DNA of 63,967 nucleotides, filler included, from an uncultured bacterium (GTDB lineage: Bacteria; CAYSBA01): the NCBI GenBank assembly GCA_964429075.1. It is 4 parts of 4 records of this genome, joined end to end, with 100 filler letters (N's around TTAATTAATTAA, not from the genome) between each part and the next. Parts side by side here need not be neighbours in the genome. Positions count along the whole stretch, not along the records: positions 37,281 to 53,615 come from CAYSBA010000003.1; 3 more parts are not named here. One strand, written 5' to 3'. The first letter of the stretch is position 1. Each line of letters opens with the position of its first letter. The translations under genes were made by a program, and so were the position numbers. This document shows positions 39,334-48,643 of this stretch, one piece after another. The notes beneath the pieces are model-generated. The model was not told the DNA's origin, did no database searches, and saw only the letters and a list, made by a program, of their open reading frames with translations.

Positions 39334-40105
39334 CAAACAGATCCTCGCCACACTTGATTCCACCAATGTACTCAGATAGCGAACCCTCTCTAAGTGCAAG
39401 CTCAAGATGACCGAAGCTTCCTTGATAAAAAAATGGTTTGTTTCTCTCTGCCAGTGAGAATGTCACACCTGGATTTTCAATCTTAAGGTCCTTCAGATAG
39501 CAGCTTTTAATATCAGAGATATTTAGCCCGTAGCTTTTGAGATTAAGATTTGTAATAATATTCCCAAAATCATCTACCATCACAACCTTGAGATAGATCT
39601 TTTTGTCTTTTTTATGTGGAAAATAGCTGTTGAGTCTAACCGGATCAGAAATTATATCCCCAACCCTTTCAAAATCAAATCCACCTGCAAGTCTTGCAGC
39701 AAAAGGAGCAAATATATCTCTACCATGAAAGGTATTACTGACCTTCTGCAGAAAGAGACTCCTGTTACTTATTTCTCTTATCAGGATATCCTTTTTATCC
39801 AGCAATGGAGTAAGTATGCCATTGTCTGGACAGATGATGTATCTATTAGCCAATTTTGCTACAAGCGATCTCCTTGATGATCCCACTCCAGGGTCGACTA
39901 CAATAACAACCACTGCATCCTTGGGTAGGTAGCTAATAGATACATCAAGAACATATGAGGCAGACAGGATAGAGAAGGGTTCTATCTTATGTGTTATATC
40001 GATTACAGCTGATTCGGGATTGATGTTTTGTATAACAGACTTCATAATACCGGCATAGATACTTGATTCGCCAAAGTCTGTTATGAGGAAGATGGGCCTT
40101 TTCAT
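39320..40105 (-). CDS. SAM hydroxide adenosyltransferase / chlorinase-fluorinase family (DUF62)
   Basis: LITDFG, VVDPGVGSSR, PDNG, SNTFHGRDIFAP, DDFGN, GSFGHLE. Confidence 0.92.
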   Translation of the reverse strand: MKRPIFLITDFGESSIYAGIMKSVIQNINPESAVIDITHKIEPFSILSASYVLDVSISYLPKDAVVVIVVDPGVGSSRRSLVAKLANRYIICPDNGILTPLLDKKDILIREISNRSLFLQKVSNTFHGRDIFAPFAARLAGGFDFERVGDIISDPVRLNSYFPHKKDKKIYLKVVMVDDFGNIITNLNLKSYGLNISDIKSCYLKDLKIENPGVTFSLAERNKPFFYQGSFGHLELALREGSLSEYIGGIKCGEDLFVELC

Positions 40106-41364
40106 AATTTTATGATCTTATCAGTTTTCTTTTTATATACCCCTCTTGTATCAACAATAAGATTGCTGTTTTCATATATGAAGTCCCAATCTATTTTTGT
40201 ATGATCTGTTATTATGACACAGACATCACTGTCAGTCAGTCTTTCTCTGGTGAGTTCAACAGATCTATATGTCTTATTGAGGAATTCAAACTGGGGTACA
40301 AAAGGATCGAAGTATGAGATTTCAGCCTCCCATCTTATAAGGTGATCCAGGACATCGAGTGCCGGTGATTCTCTTATATCTGAGACATCCTTTTTGTATG
40401 CCACTCCTATCAATAGAACATTTGACCCCTTTAAGGATTTCTTCACACTGTTGAGTGCCCTGATAATTAATGATACCACATGCTCAGGCATCCTTCTGTT
40501 TATCTCATCTGCAAGTTCAATAAATCTCAATGTAAAATTGAAATCCTTTGCCTTCCAGGAAAGATACAAGGGGTCTATTGGAATGCAATGACCTCCTATG
40601 CCAGGTCCTGGATAAAAGGGCATAAAGCCAAAGGGCTTACTCGATGCCCCCTTTATAACCTCCCATACATCTATACCCATCCTATCGCAGAGTAGTGCAA
40701 TTTCATTTATCAGCCCGATGTTTACTATTCTGAAGGTATTTTCAAGAAGCTTTACCATTTCTGCAGTAGTTGCAGAGTCTACCGTTACTACTTTATTTAC
40801 AATTTTTGAATATAGCTCTTTTGCCCTCTTTGTGCTCTCTTCGGTAACACCTCCTACAACCTTGGGTGTGTTTGCAATGTTGTATAATCTGTTGCCAGGA
40901 TCTACACGCTCTGGAGAAAAGGCCAAAAAGAAATCCTGACCTACCCTGTAGCCCCTTTTTTCAAAAATAGGTAGAAGAATTTCGCACGTTGTGCCGGGGT
41001 AGGTGGTACTTTCGAGTACTATTAAGGTACCTCTTTTGATGTGATTTGATATACTTTGTGATGCATCTATTATGTAGGATATATCTGGATCCCTTGTCTT
41101 TTTTAGAGGAGTGGGGACACATATAATTATGCTCTTGCAGTCTCCTACAGATGCATAGTCTGTTGTGGTACTTAACAGACCATCAGATACCACACTCCTC
41201 AAAACATCCTGCAAGACATCCTCGATGTAAGAAAAGCCACTGTTTATGGCATCGACCCTCTTTTTGTTAACGTCAATGCCTATAACCTTAAATCCAGCCT
41301 TTGCAAATTCTACGGCCAAAGGAAGACCCACATAGCCAAGTCCAATAATGGCAATCTTATCCAT
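40102..41364 (-). CDS. UDP-N-acetylhexosamine/UDP-glucose 6-dehydrogenase family (WbpA/WecC-like)
   Basis: GLGYVGLP, CVPTP, ESTTYPGTT, FSPERVDPG, GPGIGGHCIPID, DIRESP. Confidence 0.92.
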   Translation of the reverse strand: MDKIAIIGLGYVGLPLAVEFAKAGFKVIGIDVNKKRVDAINSGFSYIEDVLQDVLRSVVSDGLLSTTTDYASVGDCKSIIICVPTPLKKTRDPDISYIIDASQSISNHIKRGTLIVLESTTYPGTTCEILLPIFEKRGYRVGQDFFLAFSPERVDPGNRLYNIANTPKVVGGVTEESTKRAKELYSKIVNKVVTVDSATTAEMVKLLENTFRIVNIGLINEIALLCDRMGIDVWEVIKGASSKPFGFMPFYPGPGIGGHCIPIDPLYLSWKAKDFNFTLRFIELADEINRRMPEHVVSLIIRALNSVKKSLKGSNVLLIGVAYKKDVSDIRESPALDVLDHLIRWEAEISYFDPFVPQFEFLNKTYRSVELTRERLTDSDVCVIITDHTKIDWDFIYENSNLIVDTRGVYKKKTDKIIKL

Positions 41365-41385
41365 ATCTTTCTCCTGAATCTTAGA

Positions 41386-42879
41386 TCACTTAAACAAAAG
41401 ACGTGTCATACTTCTGAATAGTCTATAGTTCTTTTCGTTGTAAGGATACCACCATAGCTCTTTTTTAAGGAGCCATCTTACCCAGAAAGAGGGATAATTT
41501 ACATGAACAACATGGCATAGACTCCTCAAACCATCGTCTGAATGGGTTATGCCAACTCCACTTTCCTTGATGCCTCCCCATGGAGTTTCTGCCATAGAAT
41601 GGGTATAGAGGGGGCTATTTATCATCACTGTACCTGCCTCAAGTCTTTCGGCAACCTGCCTTGCCCTCTTTATACTGGAGCTAAAGACATAGGCAGAAAG
41701 GCCATATTTTGTATCATTAGCCATCTTAATTGCCTCATCAATATTTTTGAATTTCAAAAGGGGGAGTACAGGGCCAAAGGTCTCTTCAGTTATAATCTTC
41801 ATTGAATGATCCACATTCTCCAATACAGTTGGTTCAAACCAGTAACCATCCTTTTTATCCTCCGGTCTTTTACCACCCCGAAGTATTATTGCACCTTTTT
41901 CAACCGCATCCTTAATGTGAGACTCTATGATATCAAGCTGACCGGGCATTGTAATAGACCCCACATCATAATGATCACTTTCATCAAAGCCCTGTCTTAT
42001 CTTTGTTGTCTCTTCGAGGATCTTTTTCTTAAGATCATCATAGATGGATTCGTGGATGTATGCCCTTTCAACAGATGCACAAACCTGTCCACAGTTTGCA
42101 AAGGCCCCCCACACAAGTGCCTTTGCAGTTGTTTCAATGTCTGCATCATCAAGTACAATGGCAGGATCTTTGCCACCGAGCTCGAGTATACATGGTTTTA
42201 GTTGTTGGGCACATCCTTCATAAACTTTCCTGCCGGTCCTTACACTTCCTGTAAAACATATCTTATTTACATTGCTTGAGACAAGATAAGCGCCTGTTGT
42301 TCCATCACCGGTTACAATCTGAAAGATGTCCTCTGGCAGGCCTGCCTTTATAAATAACTCCCTTACCTTTAGATTTATAAGGGTGGTAAGTTCAGAAGGC
42401 TTCAGGACTGCACCATTTCCTGCTGCAAGGGCCATTACGACTTCACCGATCGATATTGACATTGGAAAATTCCAAGGTGCAATTATCCCAATTACACCCA
42501 TTGGTTTGTAATATAGATATGCAGACTTGGTCTTCAGAAGATGTACCTTTATCTTTTTTTTCTTCAAGATCCTTTTTGCCTTTTTTGCAAAGTATGTGAT
42601 CAGTTCACACAGCGGGAATAGTTCGTGTGTCAGGGCCTCCATTCTGGGTTTACCGGTTTCCTTTGTAAGGAGTTCCAAAAGCTCATCCATATGTTCAACG
42701 AGGGCCTTTCTACATCTGATCAAAATCCTCTTTCGTCCATCAAATCCAAGTTGCCACCAGCTTTTTTGAGCCGCTCTGGCCTTCTGTACAGCCTCCTTTA
42801 CCTCTTTTTCCCCCATTATGGGGAATTCTCCTATTTTTTCTAATGTAGCAGGACACTTTACCTCAATACTTCCCTGCAT
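41386..42879 (-). CDS. NAD(P)-dependent aldehyde dehydrogenase
   Basis: PWNFP, KPSE, FTGS, LELGGKD, catalytic GQVC, EETFGP; AAGGAG RBS before ATG 42879. Confidence 0.93.
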   Translation of the reverse strand: MQGSIEVKCPATLEKIGEFPIMGEKEVKEAVQKARAAQKSWWQLGFDGRKRILIRCRKALVEHMDELLELLTKETGKPRMEALTHELFPLCELITYFAKKAKRILKKKKIKVHLLKTKSAYLYYKPMGVIGIIAPWNFPMSISIGEVVMALAAGNGAVLKPSELTTLINLKVRELFIKAGLPEDIFQIVTGDGTTGAYLVSSNVNKICFTGSVRTGRKVYEGCAQQLKPCILELGGKDPAIVLDDADIETTAKALVWGAFANCGQVCASVERAYIHESIYDDLKKKILEETTKIRQGFDESDHYDVGSITMPGQLDIIESHIKDAVEKGAIILRGGKRPEDKKDGYWFEPTVLENVDHSMKIITEETFGPVLPLLKFKNIDEAIKMANDTKYGLSAYVFSSSIKRARQVAERLEAGTVMINSPLYTHSMAETPWGGIKESGVGITHSDDGLRSLCHVVHVNYPSFWVRWLLKKELWWYPYNEKNYRLFRSMTRLLFK

Positions 42880-42971
42880 AAACAGCTCCTTATAGATTAC
42901 CATTTATTCCTACCACCAGCTATCTATGCTGTCAAACGAGATCTTTTTTGTAAAATAGCTGATTGAATTAA

Positions 42972-43138
42972 TCAGTTGAACAGCTCATGAGACGAAACTG
43001 GCTCACCTTCTGTATAAAAATATCCTACTAGAACATAAAAAAAACGGGTGTCTTTGATAAGTATTTAAATCTATCTATGAGCCTTTTATTTTTTTCATTT
43101 GTTATGAATGTAAGATCTGATGAGAAATTATTATCCAT
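42972..43138 (-). pseudogene. Frameshifted 5' stub of a PLD-domain SNF2-type helicase (restriction/defence-associated)
   Basis: AAGAGGAGGT RBS + ATG, then MDNNFSSDLTFITNEKNKRLIDRFK, a frameshift near 43062, then LIKDTRFFYVLVGYFYTEG and an early stop. This matches my recollection of the N-terminus of PLDc_N-DEXD helicases. Confidence 0.6.
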
Positions 43139-43215
43139 ATACCTCCTCTTCTTTTAGAATGATCTGACATTTCATATTGCATAACTAATAGATTTATTCA
43201 ATCAAATGAATCAAA

Positions 43216-43767
43216 TTGATTTTTATGAAGAAGTGTGTCATAGCCTGTCACATGACCGGGAAATCATATTTTCACTATACAGTCCTTACGCTGTTCTTTG
43301 TGTCTGGTCTGTGTGGTCTGAGTTATGAAGTTCTATGGATGTCACTGCTGAAGCTCATCTTTGGCAGTGCTATGCCGGCCGTTACTACAATCCTTGCTTC
43401 GCTGATGTCAGGCTTTGCAATCGGCAGCTTTATTGGTGGAAAGCTTGCAGATAGAATTAAGAATCAACTGAGATTTTATGCCCTTTTGGAGCTATTTATA
43501 GGGTTGTATGGTCTATTTTTTATATTCTTATATCACCTTGCAGCAGATATTTACACATCAGACATACTCTACTTTATAAAAATAATATTTATTGTAGTGC
43601 TGTTACTTGTCCTATCAATCTTTATGGGTGCTACATTTCCTGTGATTGTAAGATTTTTTTCTCCGGATTTTAAAAACTTCAAAAGAAATGTCTCTTTTAT
43701 ATATTTTGTCAACGCAGCGGGCGGTGCAGCCGGGGCATTATTTACCGGTGTCATTCTTATCGACTGA
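43216..43767 (+). pseudogene. Truncated fused MFS/spermidine synthase (N-terminal membrane part only)
   Basis: FFVSGLCGLSYEVLW, LIFGS, YALLELFIG, MGATFP, YFVNAAGG. It stops after about 183 aa; full-length members are several times longer and carry a SAM-binding domain. Confidence 0.75.
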
Positions 43768-44157
43768 TTTTGCCCCGGGAACCACACAGGTCCCTTCTGC
43801 CCGGCAGACAAGGACCGGTGTATCGAGTACCCTGCACTTCGAAGGATTATTTGGATCCCTCAAAGATTCTATAACCTTATATGCCTCAAAGACCATCCTC
43901 CTTGATGTGTTCCCAACGCGTGTGATCTCTGCCCTTACCTCAATATAATCTCCTGCATATACAGGTGCTTCAAATAGGACCTCGTGATATGCCCTGAACA
44001 GACCTTCATCCCCATCATTTCTTATTAAAAGTTCTGTTGCTGCATCACCGAATAGTGCAAGTATCCTTGCTCCATCCACAAGGTCTCCACCATAGTGGGC
44101 ATCCTGCTGGGACATCCTTGTCCTTAATACAACCTTTAGATCATTTTTATTCTTCAT
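43738..44157 (-). CDS. kal: 3-aminobutyryl-CoA ammonia-lyase (hotdog fold)
   Basis: [48 protein letters not shown]. Confidence 0.93.
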   Translation of the reverse strand: MKNKNDLKVVLRTRMSQQDAHYGGDLVDGARILALFGDAATELLIRNDGDEGLFRAYHEVLFEAPVYAGDYIEVRAEITRVGNTSRRMVFEAYKVIESLRDPNNPSKCRVLDTPVLVCRAEGTCVVPGAKSVDKNDTGK

Positions 44158-44900
44158 CTTTTATGCCTCCTTTTGAGCTCTTCCACAATAAAAGTGGCAA
44201 CTTCAGATGGTAATGTACCTCTACCAAATCCTTCATCAAAGCCGAGTTCTCGTGCAAGTTCGCTATCTATCCTTGGACCACCAAGTATCTTGATGAGATT
44301 TTCGTATAGTCCTTCCTGTTTCAATAATTCAATAAGTTCTCTGGCATTTTTTATATGTATATCCTGCTGGGTTACTACCTGGCTAAGTAGAATCACATCG
44401 GCATTGTACTCTTTGATCTTTTCAACAAAGGTGGTGTTTTTTACCTGACTCTTTAAATTATAAACCCTGAAACATGAAAAACTCTCAAGACCATGATCTC
44501 CCGCATATCCTTTTACATTAAGTATTGCATCAAGACCAACAGTATGGGCATCAAATCCTGTTGTGGCTCCCACAATTACAAGCTTTCTATTGAGCAGTGA
44601 TGAGACAATCTGTTCTATCTCTTCATGAGGGAGTATATGTTTTTTTCTCTCCTTTATAGTTATTTTGGATATATCAACGTATGCATCTGTCTTTGCATAA
44701 ACAATAAAAAAACTAAATGCATCTGCAATCTCTTCTGCCCAGGCGATATTTACCTTTTTGAATCCCATATTCTCAACAAGTCTCCTTGCTGCCTCATTGA
44801 GTCTTGCATCGAGTCTCCCCTCGAGAGTAAAGCTAAGTTGAACAAATCCATCCTTTCTCCTTGCACCGTATGGCCTTATGTAATTATCACTCTCTGCCAT
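44154..44900 (-). CDS. kamE: Lysine 5,6-aminomutase beta subunit (B12-binding)
   Basis: IRPYG...[10 protein letters not shown] dimerisation domain; DAHTVG (DxHxxG) motif; PLP-binding Lys in NVKGYAG; SQVVTQ; GGPRI. Confidence 0.93.
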   Translation of the reverse strand: MAESDNYIRPYGARRKDGFVQLSFTLEGRLDARLNEAARRLVENMGFKKVNIAWAEEIADAFSFFIVYAKTDAYVDISKITIKERKKHILPHEEIEQIVSSLLNRKLVIVGATTGFDAHTVGLDAILNVKGYAGDHGLESFSCFRVYNLKSQVKNTTFVEKIKEYNADVILLSQVVTQQDIHIKNARELIELLKQEGLYENLIKILGGPRIDSELARELGFDEGFGRGTLPSEVATFIVEELKRRHKR

Positions 44901-46479
44901 CCTGTAGCTCCTCTTTTAATATCTCCATGAGGGGGTTTTTGTATCTTTTATCAATCACAATCACACCCTCTTTACCATTGCCGCCAGAGGCAGACCTGGA
45001 GATTCCAGCAAAGATTCCTTTTTCGATAGCCCTCTCAAGACCTTCCTTTTCAATATCATACAACAATTTTTCTGTATTTTTGAGAATATCTTTAATATGG
45101 CTATGGATAAATCCATCTTGTTTTAGAATTATTTCATCAGAAAAGCCCAAAAATGCCCTTTTTATATAGCTGGCATTTTTAATGGCTATATATCTGTCCA
45201 TCATAAATGGATTGTGTATAGCCTCTGTAAAGATCCCCAGCAGGTGTATGTCCTGTCCTGTAAGTTCGCATACGATATTAAAGAGGGCATCGTATATATT
45301 GCAGGTAAAGATGTCACCGTCCATGAATCGAGTGGGAGGCATATACTTCAGAGGATGTTCAGGAAACATCTGTCTGACAAGGAGGGCATGAGCGAGCTCA
45401 TAAAGAATACTCTTTTCTGTCTCTGGATTTACATTAAAGGAGTGTCCTAGGGCAACAAGTTTATAATCAAGACATGCAAGCCTTGCAAATCCTCTGTTTA
45501 TAAAGTGACTTGCCAGGACTGTATGAAAGTTTGTCTCTGCATCCTGGGTGGTGAGATAGTTATCTTCACCAGTATTTATAAGTATTCCGAAAACAGAAGA
45601 TAACATCCTTGAAAAGTGCTGGTCTGCGAAGGTCCTTTTTATGTTGATATCTCTAAACAGGATACCATACATTGCATCGTTTAAAAGTATATCAAGTCCT
45701 TCCTGTATGGCCAGAACTGTTATTTCTGGCATGCATAGACCTGATGAGTAGTTTACAAGCTCTATATATCGGTTTATCTCTGTGGAGACCTCATCGAGGG
45801 CCTTCCTCATGAGGCGAAAATTTTCTTTTGTTGCAAAGGTCCCACCAAAACCTTCGAGGGTTATTCCGTGTGGTACATAGTCCAGAAGAGATTGGGCAGT
45901 AGAACGAATTACTGCGATAATGTCTGCACCTGCCCGTGCTGCAGCCTTGGCCTGCCTGACATCTTCGTAGATATTACCTGTTGCAACAATTAGATATCTT
46001 TTTGGATGGTTTGATGGACCGAGAGAACCCTTAAACCGAATCCTCTTTTGTCTTTGACTTTTAAGCTCTTGCAACTTTTGATAGATCAGCTCTCTTGCAT
46101 TTTCATAGAGTTTGTCGAAGTGTTTATTATCAGTTCTTCTTAGATTACTAATCAATCTATCACACTCTTTCTGACCTATCTTTGAGAGATCAATTCCCTC
46201 CTTCACTGCATATCCTACAAATAGATATGCACCATATTCTAAAAGACCCTCCTCCTTCAGTCTATCAACAACGAGGTTGCATAAGGGATATCCCTCATCT
46301 GATACTCCGTTGAGTCCACAAAATCGAAGAATAGACCTTTCAATGGATAGGGTGGTTATCCTGGATATAATCTCATTGTATACCCTTTTTGCGACACTAT
46401 CTGCAAGCTGCTGATATAGGGGCTTTAATTTCTCTATCTCCGCTTCAAGCGCCTTAAGTCTTAAGCTTTTAGTGACCAT
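44887..46479 (-). CDS. kamD: Lysine 5,6-aminomutase alpha subunit
   Basis: IVATGNIYED, AVIRSTAQSLLDYVP, NYSSGLCMPEI, INTGEDNYLT, KYMPPT. Confidence 0.95.
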   Translation of the reverse strand: MVTKSLRLKALEAEIEKLKPLYQQLADSVAKRVYNEIISRITTLSIERSILRFCGLNGVSDEGYPLCNLVVDRLKEEGLLEYGAYLFVGYAVKEGIDLSKIGQKECDRLISNLRRTDNKHFDKLYENARELIYQKLQELKSQRQKRIRFKGSLGPSNHPKRYLIVATGNIYEDVRQAKAAARAGADIIAVIRSTAQSLLDYVPHGITLEGFGGTFATKENFRLMRKALDEVSTEINRYIELVNYSSGLCMPEITVLAIQEGLDILLNDAMYGILFRDINIKRTFADQHFSRMLSSVFGILINTGEDNYLTTQDAETNFHTVLASHFINRGFARLACLDYKLVALGHSFNVNPETEKSILYELAHALLVRQMFPEHPLKYMPPTRFMDGDIFTCNIYDALFNIVCELTGQDIHLLGIFTEAIHNPFMMDRYIAIKNASYIKRAFLGFSDEIILKQDGFIHSHIKDILKNTEKLLYDIEKEGLERAIEKGIFAGISRSASGGNGKEGVIVIDKRYKNPLMEILKEELQDGRE

Positions 46480-46548
46480 GAATTGAGTATTACTATATTA
46501 ATGATATAATATCAATCCATGTTTTAATTGATACTAAAGGAGGAGACA

Positions 46549-47238
46549 ATGAGGCCATATTTTGAGTACGCACAGCTTGCATGGCAAAGAACAAAAAGGG
46601 ATTTTACCCAACTTCTTGTTCTGGCAATCTTGAGCCTGGTCCTGTTTGGCATTGCAATGCCAAATCATAATAATATTCACTCAATAATGAATAAAGGATA
46701 CCATCTCTCTTTTTTTAGAGAGGTTATTCTTATTGTATCTACTAGTTTTGTACACCTTCTCTGGTCTTACTATACCGTTAAAGCAGATGAACAGGCAGGG
46801 ATAAAGATCGGGACACTCTTTTCAACCCTCCCACTAAACACATTGTTATCCTTTATTGTCTCAACATTTATCTTTAATCTTGCGATAAGTATCGGGATTG
46901 TTTTACTCATCCTGCCAGGTCTTTACATAATGATAAAGTTTTGCTTCTATGGTTTTTCTCTGCTTTTAAAAAGGGCAGGTCCCTTTGAGGCACTCAAAGA
47001 TTCTTTTGTGTTGACAAACAACAGGTTCTGGGATGTCAGTATGGCCCTTGGAGCAGTAGGATTATTTGCAATTATACCTATATTTGGATTGTTTTGTGTG
47101 ATGCTTCTATGTATGTTTTTCACATTGCCTGCACCCATAATCGCAGTGATACTTACCATTTTGAGTATACCGATTTTTGCGATTACCTTTGGTATTCTCT
47201 ATAATGGGCTATACATTGTTTATACCGATATAAAATAG
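46549..47238 (+). CDS. Multi-pass membrane protein of unknown function
   Basis: About 5-6 TM helices; LLILPGLY...EALKDSFVLT motif common in uncharacterised membrane proteins; AGGAGGAG RBS. Confidence 0.75.
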   Translation: MRPYFEYAQLAWQRTKRDFTQLLVLAILSLVLFGIAMPNHNNIHSIMNKGYHLSFFREVILIVSTSFVHLLWSYYTVKADEQAGIKIGTLFSTLPLNTLLSFIVSTFIFNLAISIGIVLLILPGLYIMIKFCFYGFSLLLKRAGPFEALKDSFVLTNNRFWDVSMALGAVGLFAIIPIFGLFCVMLLCMFFTLPAPIIAVILTILSIPIFAITFGILYNGLYIVYTDIK

Positions 47239-47251
47239 AAGGAGAACTTGT

Positions 47252-48640
47252 ATGATCATAAAAAGGTCTTTTTTACCTAAGGTAGCGATTTTGGTGTTAG
47301 CCTTTACAGGACTCTCACCAAAATACCCCGGTTTTGCATCCGACAGTGATAAGATAGAAGAACTTGCTATGGAGCATTTCAAGGATGCTATCTCTTTTGG
47401 TATTGAAATAAAGAGTCTTGATGGTAAGATTGTCTACAAAAAAGATGAAAATAAAAACTTTTACTATGCCTCTGGGACAAAGCTTCTTACCACCCTTGTT
47501 GCACTGGATACACTCGGACCTCAATACCGCTTCAGGACAGAATTTTTAACCGACGGCGTGATAGATAATTATATACTGGAAGGCAATTTAATTGTTAAAG
47601 GTTATGGTGATCCATACCTTGTTACAGAAGCGCTCTCTATTGCAGCAAGAGAGATCTCACACCTTGGAATAAAGACAATAAAAGGCAATATATATGTGGA
47701 CAACAGCAATTTTTTAGCAGTTCCATCAAGATATAACGATGGTACATTCAGGGCATACAATGCACCAATAGCAGCAACATCTGTAAACTTTAATTCTGTT
47801 TCTATTCACCTACATTCACTCCCTTGGCATAGGTGTCCTCTGGTTTTTATAGAACCAGATATTGGTCTTGTGAGTTATAGATATAAAAATTGTACAGGCT
47901 CCATCAAACTTATCACTACAAATGGGTTATCGTATATAATAGAAGGAAGACCATCACATTCCAAGGCTGTCTTTTACAGGTATTACCCCTTGCCAAAGGA
48001 TTATGTTGCATCACTTGTAAAGTATCTACTTGAGAAAAATGGGGTATTTGTTGCGGGTCAGAACGTTGGTACAACAAAGGAATTAAAACTTTTATACACA
48101 CACAAATCACGTCCATTGTGGGAATTAATTGCCCTTATGGACAAATATTCGAACAACTTTATGGCAGATATGATATATATGGTTGTTGGAGCAGAGAGGT
48201 TCAAATGGCCGGCTGAACCCGGAAAATCAAAGAGGGTTTATGGGTCATTTATTAAGAAACTCGGGTTTGAGGATTCAGGCTGGTACTTAGAAAACGGTTC
48301 TGGTCTTGGAAAAGACAGGTTTTCACCATCGCTTATGGTTGCAATCCTGGAATACGGCATACAGCATTTTGGTATATTCCCTGAATTCTTAAGCGCGCTA
48401 AGTATTGCAGGGAGGGATGGAACGCTTAAAGATAGATTCAAAGGCTCACTTCTTGGCAAAATAAGGGCAAAGACCGGTACCCTTAAGGATGTTGTGTCAC
48501 TGAGTGGATTTTTTAATATTGATGGGAATACCTATACCTTCAGTATTGTTGTAAATGGGTTCAAAAAGGGAAACAATGATGATATGATTAAGGAGGTTGA
48601 TGGATTTCTTGATGATATAACTAAATTTTTAAAGAAATAG
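47252..48640 (+). CDS. dacB: D-Ala-D-Ala carboxypeptidase/endopeptidase PBP4 (peptidase S13)
   Basis: SxxK (ASGTK), GYGDP, SxN (SNN), GSGL, AKTGTL. Confidence 0.93.
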   Translation: MIIKRSFLPKVAILVLAFTGLSPKYPGFASDSDKIEELAMEHFKDAISFGIEIKSLDGKIVYKKDENKNFYYASGTKLLTTLVALDTLGPQYRFRTEFLTDGVIDNYILEGNLIVKGYGDPYLVTEALSIAAREISHLGIKTIKGNIYVDNSNFLAVPSRYNDGTFRAYNAPIAATSVNFNSVSIHLHSLPWHRCPLVFIEPDIGLVSYRYKNCTGSIKLITTNGLSYIIEGRPSHSKAVFYRYYPLPKDYVASLVKYLLEKNGVFVAGQNVGTTKELKLLYTHKSRPLWELIALMDKYSNNFMADMIYMVVGAERFKWPAEPGKSKRVYGSFIKKLGFEDSGWYLENGSGLGKDRFSPSLMVAILEYGIQHFGIFPEFLSALSIAGRDGTLKDRFKGSLLGKIRAKTGTLKDVVSLSGFFNIDGNTYTFSIVVNGFKKGNNDDMIKEVDGFLDDITKFLKK

Positions 48641-48643
48641 TAG

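Noticed and set aside
39320..40105. Possible fluorinase/chlorinase (halometabolite pathway)
   Set aside because: Most DUF62 members are SAM hydrolases, and no biosynthetic cluster surrounds the gene.
42959..42975. Inverted repeat CTGATT-N5-AATCAG upstream of the ALDH gene
   Set aside because: Could be an operator, but it has only 6-bp arms in AT-rich DNA, a single copy and no adjacent regulator; not enough support.
42981..43000. CAGCTCATGAGACGAAACTG resembling a hammerhead ribozyme core
   Set aside because: The core is CTCATGA rather than CTGATGA, there is no stem II, and the segment lies at the end of the helicase relic.
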